Shown here piece by piece: positions 33,288-41,108 of a stretch of 64,000 nucleotides of DNA. This stretch comes from Terriglobia bacterium. GTDB lineage: Bacteria; Acidobacteriota; Terriglobia; Terriglobales; Acidobacteriaceae. The notes below the pieces were generated by a model. That model was given only the letters and a program-made list of their open reading frames with translations, was not told the DNA's origin and made no database searches. How positions within the stretch are numbered: the stretch's first letter is position 1; each line of letters opens with the position of its first letter. The translations under genes were made by a program, and so were the position numbers. The DNA lies in contig CAWCHA010000003.1 of the NCBI GenBank assembly GCA_963795245.1, positions 212,649 through 276,648 on the forward strand, read 5' to 3'.

Positions 33288-33722
33288 ATGAGCAAACTGA
33301 CCGCAAGAAATGCGCTTGTCGTCATCGGAGTGTGGACATTTTCAAGAATGGTGGCTTTCTGGCTGGTAGTTCTCATGGCAGTCATGCACATTCGGATGAC
33401 GTTCACGGGAGATGTGGGCCTGATGATGTGGGTATGGGAGGAACTGCCCTACGACCTGTTTGCAGCCCTCGGAGCGGTCACGTTGGTTGGCGTGATCGAA
33501 ACGGAAAAGCGGCTAACGTGGGTATGTGTACTTGCAGCCTTGTACCTGTACAGCGAGGGCATGCACGCATGGCGGACTCTAACTCATGGGTGGCACGAAC
33601 CTCCGAGCACACCCGACTACATCGGGATTTTGACACAGGCGGTTATCCCGACGCTCGCGTGTTTTGTTGCTGGCACTTGGTGGACGAGGCGTTCCACCGC
33701 GCCTAAGGTCCTTGTCACCTAA
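33288..33722 (+). CDS. hypothetical membrane protein (4 TM)
   Basis: 144-aa ORF with four hydrophobic helices. I recognise no family. Confidence 0.55.
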   Translation: MSKLTARNALVVIGVWTFSRMVAFWLVVLMAVMHIRMTFTGDVGLMMWVWEELPYDLFAALGAVTLVGVIETEKRLTWVCVLAALYLYSEGMHAWRTLTHGWHEPPSTPDYIGILTQAVIPTLACFVAGTWWTRRSTAPKVLVT

Positions 33723-33775
33723 CAATTGCAAAATCACGATTACACTCATTAACAGGGTCATGAGGCCAATGAAGA

Positions 33776-34783
33776 TTGCCATTCTTATTTTCACTCTGGT
33801 CATTGCATTTTCGTGCATCTGTTTTTGCCCAGGCTCCGCCCAACATTATTTTCGACACAGACATGGGCAACGACATCGACGATGCCCTGGCTCTCGCCAT
33901 GCTGCATGCCTTCGAGAGCCGTCACGAAGCCAATCTCATCGCGGTGACGGTGACCAAGGACAATCAGTGGGCCGCGCCGTACATTGACCTCGTTGATACT
34001 TTCTACGGACGCCCTGAGATCCCGATCGGCATGGTGCGGAACGGAAAGACGCCAGAGTCGAGTCCGATGATTCAGATTCCATCCGAGCGGCGACGTGCGG
34101 ACGGCAGCCTGGTTTATCCGCACCGGATTCTGGATGGCGGCCAGGCGCCGGAAGCAGTTTCTCTGCTTCGCCAGATGCTGGCAAAGCAGGCGGACGGCAG
34201 CGTCGTCATCGTGCAAGTGGGCTTCAGCACAAATCTGGCGCGGCTGCTGGAAACCGTGGCGGATGCGGCCAGCGTGGATGACGGGCCAACGTTGGTCCGG
34301 AAGAAAGTCCGCTTGCTATCGGTGATGGGAGGAAATTTTGCCGACGGAAAGTCCGAGTTCAACCTGGCGAAGGACGTGCCCGCGGCGGTAAAGCTCTTTC
34401 ACGATTGGCCCACACCGATCGTGGTCAGCGGATTCGAGGTCGGCGCCGCCCTGCCGTTCCCGGCGCAACGGATCGAGCGTGACTTCACTTACGTGCAGGA
34501 CCATCCCGTGGCCGAGGCCTATCGCTCGTACATGAAGATGCCCTACGACCGGCCGACTTGGGACTTGACGGCAGTGCTCTACGCGGTGCGTCCGGATGAA
34601 AAGTATTTCTCGCTGTCGCCGCCGGGGACGATCACCGTCCTGCCCGACGGCAGCTCCCGCTTCGAAGCCTCGCCCAACGGAAATCATCGCTACCTGATCA
34701 TTAAGGACGAGCAGCGGGCAAGAACTTTGGAAGCAATGATCATTCTTGCCAGTGAGCCGCCGACCGGTAGCGCCCGACGCTAG
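33776..34783 (+). CDS. nucleoside hydrolase (IU-NH family), secreted
   Basis: ORF 33776-34783 (TTG start) contains NIIFDTDMGNDIDDALALAMLHA. A better start (GAGG-spaced ATG at 33769, MKIAILIFTLVIAFSCIC) is in another frame. Removing one T from the T5 run 33822-33826 fuses it to FAQAPPNIIFDTD. Confidence 0.8.
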   Translation: MPFLFSLWSLHFRASVFAQAPPNIIFDTDMGNDIDDALALAMLHAFESRHEANLIAVTVTKDNQWAAPYIDLVDTFYGRPEIPIGMVRNGKTPESSPMIQIPSERRRADGSLVYPHRILDGGQAPEAVSLLRQMLAKQADGSVVIVQVGFSTNLARLLETVADAASVDDGPTLVRKKVRLLSVMGGNFADGKSEFNLAKDVPAAVKLFHDWPTPIVVSGFEVGAALPFPAQRIERDFTYVQDHPVAEAYRSYMKMPYDRPTWDLTAVLYAVRPDEKYFSLSPPGTITVLPDGSSRFEASPNGNHRYLIIKDEQRARTLEAMIILASEPPTGSARR

Positions 34784-34826
34784 GCGGATGAAGGGCCCGC
34801 GATCACGTAAAAGTTTGCTGAAAGAT

Positions 34827-36122
34827 TTATCCCTTTCCAGTTAGCGCGGCTCGAATCCGCTGCCCCACAATTGCATCTTCGCCGGGCTGCAACATCCATA
34901 CTCCGACCACGAGCGTGTTTGCATCCGACGGGATGCCCTGGTTGGGCTTTTGTCCGGTGTTTGGGTTCAGTTCAATCGATGGTTTTCCCGCACGCAATGC
35001 GGCGACGATCTGAGTAGTGGTCGCGCCGATGACGGAGGGATCGAAGCGTATGAGCAAGTGGGGAACGTGGTTGGCGATTTTTGGAACCACGATCTCCGTT
35101 TTGACCGAAGGGATGCCCTTCACCGCAGAGGCGACAAGGTCGGCCCGCTTCTGGTAGTCGCCTTGCATCGATTCCTCGGTGTGCGAGAGCACCCAGTCGA
35201 CCGCCGCGACCATTCCGACGATCTGCTCTTTGGCTACCTTCATTCCGCGTCCGATGCCTTCTTCCGGATTGTTGTTCTGATGGGCGAGGTCGATCAGATC
35301 TTTTTTTCCAAGAAGGAGCCCTGCGTTCTGCGGACCCCGAATTCCCTTGCCTCCCGAGAACGCTACCAGGTCGAAGCCCATGCCGGTGTACTTCCACAGA
35401 TTCGAAATCGGAGGCATGTCGGCGGCAGCGTCGATGTGGCAGGGAATCTTGTGGTCGTGCGCCACGCGAAGCCACTCTTCGCGTCCAATCTGCGCGGTGC
35501 CTGCGACTCCGTCTTCGTCTTCCGCGGCGTTGAAAAAATTCGTCATCACCGCATTGCCGGCGGCGCATGCGCGTTTGTAGTCGTCGAGCGTAACGACTTC
35601 CGTTACCCGCGCTCCGCATAGATACATGGCACGGTCATATCCGTAACGGTGCGCCTGCTGCACGATGACCTGATTTTTCTTGCCGTCAATCGCTTGCGGC
35701 ATATCCAGAACGTCGATGTTGTTTGCCTTCTGGAGGCACGCGGCGGTGGCGAGGCTGATGGCTCCCGAGGCTCCCGAAGTAACGATGGCTCCCTCGCATT
35801 TCAATCGCTGCGCGATATACTCCCCGGCCTTCCGCTGAAGTTCGTGCAGGCGCACCGGATGAAGCGCCGCCTTCTGCACTGCGGCCAGCACCTCGGGCGG
35901 CATGCACGCGGCCGTGAGCGTGGTGTAAGTCCCGGCGGCGTTGACGATGGTCGGAACACCGAGCTTGGCGTAGTAGTCCTCACCATCAGGCAACGAAATG
36001 GTTTCGGCAGACGAAACCAAAGGCGCCAAGCCCAAAACTGCGGCGACCGAACTTGCCCAGCCGAAGAAGCGGCGGCGAGAGAGAAGGCCAAAACCTGCTT
36101 GAGAATCGGCCGATGCTTTCAT
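34827..36122 (-). CDS. Tat-signal SelA-like (fold-type I) PLP-dependent enzyme
   Basis: ORF 34827-36167 with ATG at 36122. Twin-arginine motif SRRRFFGWASSVAAVLGLAP. SelA-family-like core with FSGGKGIRGPQNAGLLLGKKDLI (PLP lysine context). Confidence 0.75.
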   Translation of the reverse strand: MKASADSQAGFGLLSRRRFFGWASSVAAVLGLAPLVSSAETISLPDGEDYYAKLGVPTIVNAAGTYTTLTAACMPPEVLAAVQKAALHPVRLHELQRKAGEYIAQRLKCEGAIVTSGASGAISLATAACLQKANNIDVLDMPQAIDGKKNQVIVQQAHRYGYDRAMYLCGARVTEVVTLDDYKRACAAGNAVMTNFFNAAEDEDGVAGTAQIGREEWLRVAHDHKIPCHIDAAADMPPISNLWKYTGMGFDLVAFSGGKGIRGPQNAGLLLGKKDLIDLAHQNNNPEEGIGRGMKVAKEQIVGMVAAVDWVLSHTEESMQGDYQKRADLVASAVKGIPSVKTEIVVPKIANHVPHLLIRFDPSVIGATTTQIVAALRAGKPSIELNPNTGQKPNQGIPSDANTLVVGVWMLQPGEDAIVGQRIRAALTGKG

Positions 36123-36181
36123 GCGAATCGCTCCTTCAATCGTAGCGGTTATTCTGGAACGTAACATTTTCTACCACAGGC

Positions 36182-36287
36182 GTCATGCTGAGCTTGCGAA
36201 GCATCCGGCGAGAAACGGATATGCACGTGTCCGCGAGTATGGCGATACACGCCAGATCCTTCGGGACTGAAGTCCCTCAGGATCACG
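36182..36287. repeat. palindromic intergenic element, family B
   Basis: gtcatgctgagcttgcgaagcatcc .. cgccagatccttcgggactgaagtccctcaggatcac. Confidence 0.7.
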
Positions 36288-36343
36288 CCGATCAGGAATT
36301 GGCCTCTTGGACGCAGTCTATCGTTAGCATTATTGCAATCAAC

Positions 36344-36616
36344 CTATAACCGCGCGCCAGAAACCTTCACCCCGTCGTTCGCCCGGATCACGAACTTCAG
36401 TCCCGACCAAACTTCGTTTACCGCGCATACCTTTACATCTACCAGACCTGCGGTCAAGCCGATCCTCATAACATCATTTTCGCCCAGGTCTGTGACGATA
36501 CCGGAAGATTTCTTCGGCCAGCTTACTCACAGCTTTCCTGCCGGCGCCAGGCGACGCGCAAATTTTGGTTTGAGGCCGAGTTTTTTGGGAAGAGGAGTGC
36601 CGGAGTATCCCGCCAT
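36344..36616 (-). pseudogene. DUF3052-like gene remnant with in-frame TGA and probable internal deletion
   Basis: Minus strand from ATG 36616: MAGYSGTPLPKKLGLKPKFARRLAPAGKL-TGA-VSWPKKSSGIVTDLGENDVMRIGLTAGLVDVKVCAVNEVWSGLKFVIRANDGVKVSGARL*. The TGA (36527-36529) sits where I expect Trp in the LWVSWPKK motif. The family assignment is from memory. Confidence 0.5.
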
Positions 36617-36626
36617 AGCATCTGCC

Positions 36627-37761
36627 TCACTGCGTGGGAGCGAAATAACCGCGGCGGCTGCGCACGCGCAGGCCTTTGTGGTTTTGCGCCAGGATTTCGA
36701 TCGTGTGATAGCGGCCATCCGCGCGGAATTCGACGGGCTGGTAGGAGAGCGCGTACTGGCTGCGCAATTCGTCCTGGATCTCCACGAAGGCGTTGGCGAC
36801 GTCGTTGAGTTGGAAAGGGAAAAAGGCGCGTCCGCCGGTAGCGTCGGCGATGCGTTCCAGAACTTTGTCTCCGGAACGCGTGCCTCCGCTGATGTTGGTG
36901 CTGATGGTGTAGATGATTACGTCGGCGCGCTCCGCCATCTCGATAGCTTCCTCGCGGGTAACGTGGCTCATGTTGTCGTCGCCGTCGCTCAGCAGGATAA
37001 TGGCGCGGCGCACCGGGCCATTCCGCTCCTGCTTCAGTAGTTTGTCGCGACACGCGAAATACAGCGCGTCATACATCGCGGTACCGCCGCCGGGTCGGAG
37101 GGCGCGAACTCCGCGCGAGAGCGCCTCTGTGTTGTCGGTGAAATTCTGGGTAACTTCCGGAGTGACATCGAAACCGACGACAAACGCTTGGTCGTAGCGC
37201 GGTCGAATTGTCTGGTTCAGAAACTCGATGGCGGATTCCTGCTCGAACTTGAAGCGGTCACGTATGGAGTTGCTGGCATCGACCAGCAGCCCCACTTGTA
37301 GCGGCAACTCGGTTTCGTTGTGAAAGCTGCGAATCTGGTCGGCGGGCCGGTTGTCATCGATGACCGAAAAATCGCTCTTCACCAGGTTCTTCACGTAGTG
37401 GCCATGCCGGTCGGTCACGGTGAAAACGACGTTCACTTCGTTCACGGTCTTGGTGATCGTGGCGGTGGGGTCATCGGGTGCCGGTCGAGTTTGGATCGGA
37501 TTGCGCGGGGGCAGCGGCCGGAGCAGGTCCGCTCCTGGCGGGCGATTCGGCCTGAGGAGTCGCTTGGGATTGGGGTGTCGAAGATTGAGCCTCGACTTTC
37601 GCAGGCGGTGCCGGTGGAGGTGGCGGCGGCTTGGGGTTGCTGCGTTCCTGTTGAACCGCCGACGGCGCGGAAGGCAGCCCATCCGAACCGGAACTCTGCG
37701 CCAGGACGATTGTCCCGAACAGCATGCTGCCCAGCAACAAAATAATGCCGCGGAACTTCAT
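36627..37761 (-). pseudogene. VWA domain protein (TIGR03436 type), paralogue 3, signal peptide separated by a frameshift
   Basis: ORF 37471-37761 = MKFRGIILLLGSMLFGTIVLAQS plus a Pro/Ala linker. ORF 36627-37682, in another frame, = DDPTATITKTVNEVNVVFTVTDRHGHYVKNLVKSDFSVIDDNRP..LLVDASNS..LLSDGDDN..YHTIEILAQNHKGLRVRSRRGYF. The join is near the run at 37476-37478. Confidence 0.8.
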
Positions 37762-37788
37762 GAGGCCTCAATTATAGCCGTTCCCAAG

Positions 37789-37892
37789 TGTGGGGCGGAC
37801 ACTCTTGTCCGCCGCTTTTGACTTTGATTTCGCTTTTGCCTTCAACTTCAAGACCCGGGTCAAGAGCGGCAGACAGGAGTGTCTGCCCCACA
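37789..37892. repeat. palindromic element, family A (TGTGGGGCGGACA ... TGTCTGCCCCACA)
   Basis: Each arm is itself a hairpin (ggcggaca-ctct-tgtccgcc and ggcagaca-ggag-tgtctgcc). The arms are inverted relative to each other around a tttgactttgatt..aacttcaagac spacer. Confidence 0.85.
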
Positions 37893-37902
37893 TTTTTTGC
37901 GT

Positions 37903-38871
37903 TTACTCGATTTTTTGCAGGAAACTCTCGAGTTCTGGAGCTAGCGGCGCTGAGAAGGACAAGGGCTCGCCTGTCCTGGGATGCTGGAACTGGAGGGACC
38001 TGGCATGCAGAAAGTTTCTGGGAAGAAAGAGTTTGCCGGTTTGCTTGCTGCTGACTTCGCGCGGCGCGCCGTACAGCGTGTCGCCCACGACCGGGTGCCG
38101 CAACGACGCCAGGTGGACGCGAATCTGATGAGTCCGGCCGGTGTCGATTCGCACTTCGAGCAGTGTGAATTTTCCGTATGTTGAATCCATCCGGCGCTGC
38201 ACGGCGTAGTGCGTAACGGCTTCACGTCCGCCGGAGCGCAGGGTAGTCATGCGAGTGCGTCGAATCCGGTCGCGGCTGATGCTGGTGCTGATGGTGCCGC
38301 GGTCCTGTTTCATCCAGCCGTGCACCAGCGCGATATAAGTCTTCTTCACCTGCCGCTTCACGAACTGGTTGCCCAGCCGCCGGTGGGATTCGTCGTTTTT
38401 GGCCACCACCAGGAGCCCGCTGGTGGCTTTGTCCAGGCGATGAACAATTCCGGGACGCAGATCGCCGCCTACTGACGACAGTTGGGCGAAATGATGCAGC
38501 AGCGCATTCACCAGGGTGCCACGATTGCGATCGTCGTCGGTGGCACCGGCCCCGGCATGCACCGTCATGCCCGCAGCCTTGTTGACCACGGCAATGTCAG
38601 CGTCTTCGAAAACAATATCCAGCGGAATGTCTTCCGCCATCGCACGCAGCGGTGGCTGCGACGCTGATCCCAGGACAGAGATGCTCTCGCCGCCGCGCAG
38701 ACGTAAAGACGCCCGCGCGACCGTATCATTCACCCGCACCAATTCCTGCGCGATCAGTTGTTGCACCCGGGCCCGGCTGGTTTCGGGAATACGTGCGACC
38801 AGAAACTGGTCCAGCCGTTTGCCGGCGCCTTCGGCGGACACGGAAATCAGAATTGGAAATTGTTCATCCAT
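37903..38871 (-). CDS. rluD: 23S rRNA pseudouridine synthase, RluD/RluA family
   Basis: 322-aa ORF. S4-like N-terminus (KRLDQFLVARIPETSRARVQQLI) and catalytic HRLDKATSGLLVVAK motif. Confidence 0.88.
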   Translation of the reverse strand: MDEQFPILISVSAEGAGKRLDQFLVARIPETSRARVQQLIAQELVRVNDTVARASLRLRGGESISVLGSASQPPLRAMAEDIPLDIVFEDADIAVVNKAAGMTVHAGAGATDDDRNRGTLVNALLHHFAQLSSVGGDLRPGIVHRLDKATSGLLVVAKNDESHRRLGNQFVKRQVKKTYIALVHGWMKQDRGTISTSISRDRIRRTRMTTLRSGGREAVTHYAVQRRMDSTYGKFTLLEVRIDTGRTHQIRVHLASLRHPVVGDTLYGAPREVSSKQTGKLFLPRNFLHARSLQFQHPRTGEPLSFSAPLAPELESFLQKIE

Positions 38872-38873
38872 GC

Positions 38874-38965
38874 GTAACGCCGGCGTCCCGCCGGCTGTCA
38901 GGTGGGCGGCCCGCCCACCGATCGAACTGGCCAGAGGCCGGCGCTACGAAGGTCGTCCGCCCGTG
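38874..38965. repeat. palindromic intergenic element, family K
   Basis: gtaacgccggcgtcccgccggc .. ggtgggcggcccgcccacc .. ggccggcgctacgaagg, starting 3 nt upstream of the rluD ATG. Confidence 0.7.
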
Positions 38966-38994
38966 CTTGTCCTCGAATGATTTTGCGATCTTGA

Positions 38995-39798
38995 TCAGCG
39001 CTGGGCGTGAGCTGGAACCACGCGCGTCGAAGACTTCAGCCACCAGATCACGCCGCCTGAGATCACCAGACACATAGCGATCAGCTGGGTTCCGGTCATG
39101 ATTCCACCAAAGACTTCGCCGCGGCCGGGATCGTCGCGAATAAATTCCAGGAAATAGCGTGCGATGCCGTACAGAATCAAATACGCCGCCAGCACCTGTC
39201 CATCGAACTTCTTGCGCTTGAAGAGCCACATCAAAATAAAAAAGTTGGCCAGCTCCACTGCCGCTTCGAAAAGCTGAGTTGGCTCCAGCGGTATACCGAG
39301 CGGAGTGTACGAGTTTGCGTTCGCCACGGGATTGGTGAACGTCACTCCCCAGAAATGATTCGTGGGCTTCCCGTAGCAGCAACCGGCAGCGAAGCATCCG
39401 ACTCGGCCGATGGCGTGCCCTAACGCCAGGCCGGGCGCAAAGGCATCCCAGGTGGCGAGCGCCGGCATGCGGTGTTGCCGGATATACCATACCGCTGCGA
39501 TGGCCGCACCGATCAGGCCGCCAGAGAAAACGCCACCCGCCTGCATCGTGGACCAACTGAAGATGTCTCCGACATGGGTTGAATAGTATCCCCAGTCGTT
39601 GACGATGTAGAGAATTTTGGCGCCGACGATGCCGCACAGCACGACCAGCACACCCAGGTTCCAGGCGTCGTCGGCATCGATCCCCTGCCGAGCCGAGTTG
39701 CGGACGCTGATCCAAAGGCCTAGAAGTACACCGGTGGAAACCAGCAGCCCGTAGGTGGGAAGGAAGAACTTGCCGATATGAAAAAGTTGGGGGAACAC
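38995..39798 (-). CDS. lgt: prolipoprotein diacylglyceryl transferase
   Basis: 267-aa ORF MFPQLFHIGKFFLPTYGLLVSTGVLLGLWI..GRVGCFAAGCCYGKPT..PTQLFEA, multi-TM. Confidence 0.9.
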   Translation of the reverse strand: MFPQLFHIGKFFLPTYGLLVSTGVLLGLWISVRNSARQGIDADDAWNLGVLVVLCGIVGAKILYIVNDWGYYSTHVGDIFSWSTMQAGGVFSGGLIGAAIAAVWYIRQHRMPALATWDAFAPGLALGHAIGRVGCFAAGCCYGKPTNHFWGVTFTNPVANANSYTPLGIPLEPTQLFEAAVELANFFILMWLFKRKKFDGQVLAAYLILYGIARYFLEFIRDDPGRGEVFGGIMTGTQLIAMCLVISGGVIWWLKSSTRVVPAHAQR

Positions 39799-39872
39799 TA
39801 TTGATCCAGATGCGTTGCCCGGAGATTTTGTTACAGCTTAAGTTTAGCAGGGCGACGCGGGAACGTACGAGG

Positions 39873-40082
39873 CAGATTGAGAAGCCGACCCACTGTGCCG
39901 TGTGACGGGCCGAGAATGAACCCGTCGGTAGACGTTGGGTGCCCGCCGAGACCCATTAGGCATCTCCGCATGGCGGAGCGTTGCACACCGGATCCTAGTT
40001 CGAGTCGAGCTCCCGTTCATTCAGCATTGGTTCAAAAATCGGTGACCGCCATCACCAACCCCGTAGGTCGGCTTTCAGTCAG
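39873..40082 (-). ncRNA. ssrS: candidate 6S RNA (rod with central bubble), downstream of zapA
   Basis: On the minus strand, AGCCGACCUAC (40073-40063) pairs with GUGGGUCGGCU (39883-39893). Further stems run inward: GUGAUGG/CCCGUCAC, CCGA/UCGG, UGAACC/GGUUCA, then a bubble of about 14 x 14 nt, then GGGAGCUCG/CGGCGGGCACCC and an apical hairpin CUCCGC-CAUG-GCGGAG. No long ORF of its own. Confidence 0.5.
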
Positions 40083-40083
40083 G

Positions 40084-40113
40084 ATGCTAGGGTAAACATG
40101 CCCGCATTGGCAA
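40084..40113 (-). promoter_or_regulatory. sigma70-like promoter for the candidate 6S RNA
   Basis: Minus strand TTGCCA (40113-40108), 18-nt spacer, TAGCAT (40089-40084). The predicted start falls at the 5' edge of the closing stem. Confidence 0.4.
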
Positions 40114-40181
40114 GAGGTGACACGTAAAAAGATGGCAATCAGCTTGCCAGCGACTTTCGTAAGGGGGAGACCGAAAACATA

Positions 40182-40253
40182 AACCACGAAGGACACGAAG
40201 TATCACGAAGGAAATCCCAAGAACGTTCGTGATACTTCGTGTCCTTCGTGGTT
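40182..40253. repeat. perfect 28-bp hairpin element, family D (AACCACGAAGGACACGAAG)
   Basis: aaccacgaaggacacgaagtatcacgaa (40182-40209) and ttcgtgatacttcgtgtccttcgtggtt (40226-40253) are exact reverse complements. It lies 18 nt after the zapA stop and probably acts as its terminator. Confidence 0.9.
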
Positions 40254-40270
40254 ATGCTTTTAAGAGGACG

Positions 40271-40606
40271 CTAACCGGCTCGGCGTTTATCGCCAAGCAC
40301 TTCATCGAGCACATTCGAAAGATTCTGCGCACGGCGTTGATAGTCACCCGAGCCTGCATCCTGATTACGCTTGATCAGATGATATTCGTCGGCGATGTTC
40401 AGCGCCGCCAGGACCGCCAGGCGCGAGGTATCCACTGTGTGGGTCTGTTCCGCCACGGCCCGCATTTTGCCGTCGACGTACTCGGCCAGCTTGAGGATGT
40501 ACTCCGCGTCCGATCCGCGAAGGTTATAGGGCTGGTCGAAAATTTCCACGCGAACAGCGTTGTTGCTGGGATCCTTGATCACGGTATGTTTCGTGGCGGT
40601 AGCCAT
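40271..40606 (-). CDS. zapA: cell division protein ZapA
   Basis: 111-aa ORF ..VRVEIFDQPYNLRGSDAEYILKLAEYVDGKMRAVAEQTHTVDTSRLAVLAALNIADEY. Confidence 0.85.
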   Translation of the reverse strand: MATATKHTVIKDPSNNAVRVEIFDQPYNLRGSDAEYILKLAEYVDGKMRAVAEQTHTVDTSRLAVLAALNIADEYHLIKRNQDAGSGDYQRRAQNLSNVLDEVLGDKRRAG

Positions 40607-40641
40607 GTTTATTTTCTCCTCAGGACGGAGATGGGACCGGA

Positions 40642-40938
40642 TCAGCTGACCGCCTGCTCCTCAGAAATCGATTCGATCTGGCCGAGCATCTTTTCCACCC
40701 GGCCCCGAATCTCTTCCCGTTCCTTGCGCAGCCGGACCATCTCACGGCGCAAACCGTCCAGCTCTTCCTCGCGCTCGTCCAATTGGTGGCGCAAACGCTG
40801 CGAATCGCGTTCAGCAACCGCCTTGGCCTCGCGCGCCGACTTGTACAGCTCAATGGTGCGATAGACTTTGTCTTCCAGCGCCTGAAAATCGTCAGCAGGA
40901 ACCTGCGCAGATACCCCTTCAGCCATTCTCACAGACAT
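40642..40938 (-). CDS. coiled-coil protein (ZapB-like)
   Basis: ORF 40642-41007. The likely start is MSVRMAEG at 40938. Heptad-rich sequence FQALEDKVYRTIELYKSAREAKAVAERDSQRLRHQLDEREEELDGLRREMVRLRKEREEIRGRVEKML. Confidence 0.7.
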   Translation of the reverse strand: MSVRMAEGVSAQVPADDFQALEDKVYRTIELYKSAREAKAVAERDSQRLRHQLDEREEELDGLRREMVRLRKEREEIRGRVEKMLGQIESISEEQAVS

Positions 40939-41062
40939 GGTGCCACCACTTCCTACGGAGAAATTGGGAACTTGAGCGCAGTATAACTCAGAACCCTGTG
41001 AATCCAATGAGATGCTTGAAGGGTTTTAGCGGTTGGTCAGAGTAGTTGGTACGAATTGCGAT

Positions 41063-41108
41063 GGCGGGACGCCCTCACCACAGTCGGCGGGACGCCGGCG
41101 CTACGAAC
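41063..41108. repeat. family K element
   Basis: ggcgggacgccctcaccacagtcggcgggacgccggcgctacgaacc, abutting the aminotransferase stop codon. Confidence 0.7.

Noticed and set aside
36527-36529. In-frame TGA considered as selenocysteine or Trp recoding
   Set aside because: TGA is used as an ordinary stop by several confident genes in this window (for example cmk, mutL, vapC). No SECIS-like hairpin follows. The gene also looks internally deleted, so a nonsense mutation in a remnant is the simplest reading.
37788-38054. ORFs that translate repeat elements. Examples: 37788-38054, 42366-42959, 5236-5544, 15009-15461, 18558-18800, 62113-62448
   Set aside because: Their apparent conservation comes from repeated DNA words (GQECPPH, PTTNDQRP, VILSEAK-type peptides). 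They lack SD and start context and overlap palindromic elements.
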